From Amoebidium appalachense (taxonomy: Eukaryota; Protista; Ichthyosporea), in NCBI GenBank assembly GCA_963693365.1, contig CAVNZM010000013.1, positions 1,947,817 through 2,011,816 of the forward strand: DNA of 64,000 bases. Direction: 5' to 3'. Of this stretch, positions 63,755 through 64,000 are shown in pieces. The notes beneath the pieces are model-generated. The model was not told the DNA's origin, ran no database searches, and saw only the letters and a list, made by a program, of their open reading frames with translations. The translations under genes and the position numbers were made by a program. Each line of letters opens with the position of its first letter. Within the stretch, counting starts at the first letter, position 1.

Positions 63755-64000
63755 TTGTGCTTGTGCACCGGTTGGGTGTTTCGGCACGTGGAGAGAGGGA
63801 TGGGGATGGAAGTGTGCATAGAATATGCGGGATTGTGAGCAGCCGTGTTTGAGTCTGCAGGTTCTAGAAATGAAGCAAGTGATTTTACTGTGGACATGGA
63901 GGGTGGTAGCTAGGGTAGAGCATTGTATTTGCGCCGTTGATTTGAGGGTAAATAAGGGGGCTTGGGGCCCACCGGGGGGAGAGGAGGGGAGACGGGCACG

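Overview
Eukaryotic, intron-rich genomic window saturated with poly-C/poly-G, (CA)n/(GT)n and (GA)n/(CT)n tracts. Almost all ORFs in the supplied track are low-complexity artefacts. By walking GT-AG splice sites by eye I reconstruct nine genes: the 3' part of a NEK6/7 kinase (+), PAM16 (-), a bacterial-style class I SAM methyltransferase (-), an intronless short-form tRNase Z (+), a GST (+), a secreted-type nucleoside hydrolase (-), a cAMP-receptor-like 7TM receptor (-), a double-RING/TRAF-zinc-finger membrane protein (+) and the 5' part of a sphingolipid C9-methyltransferase/CFA-synthase family gene (+). The gene set suggests a unicellular opisthokont, but that is inference only. The most interesting non-coding signal is an intronic repeat family built on a ~160-nt module with compensatory base-pair changes, a possible pseudoknot and hammerhead-like CUGANGA/GAAAC half-motifs. 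It occurs as a near-perfect 452-bp tandem array and as dispersed sense-strand copies, so it is a retrozyme-like candidate (unproven). Also present: several TIR elements and many acceptors in which (CA)n replaces the polypyrimidine tract. All coordinates are hand-counted.
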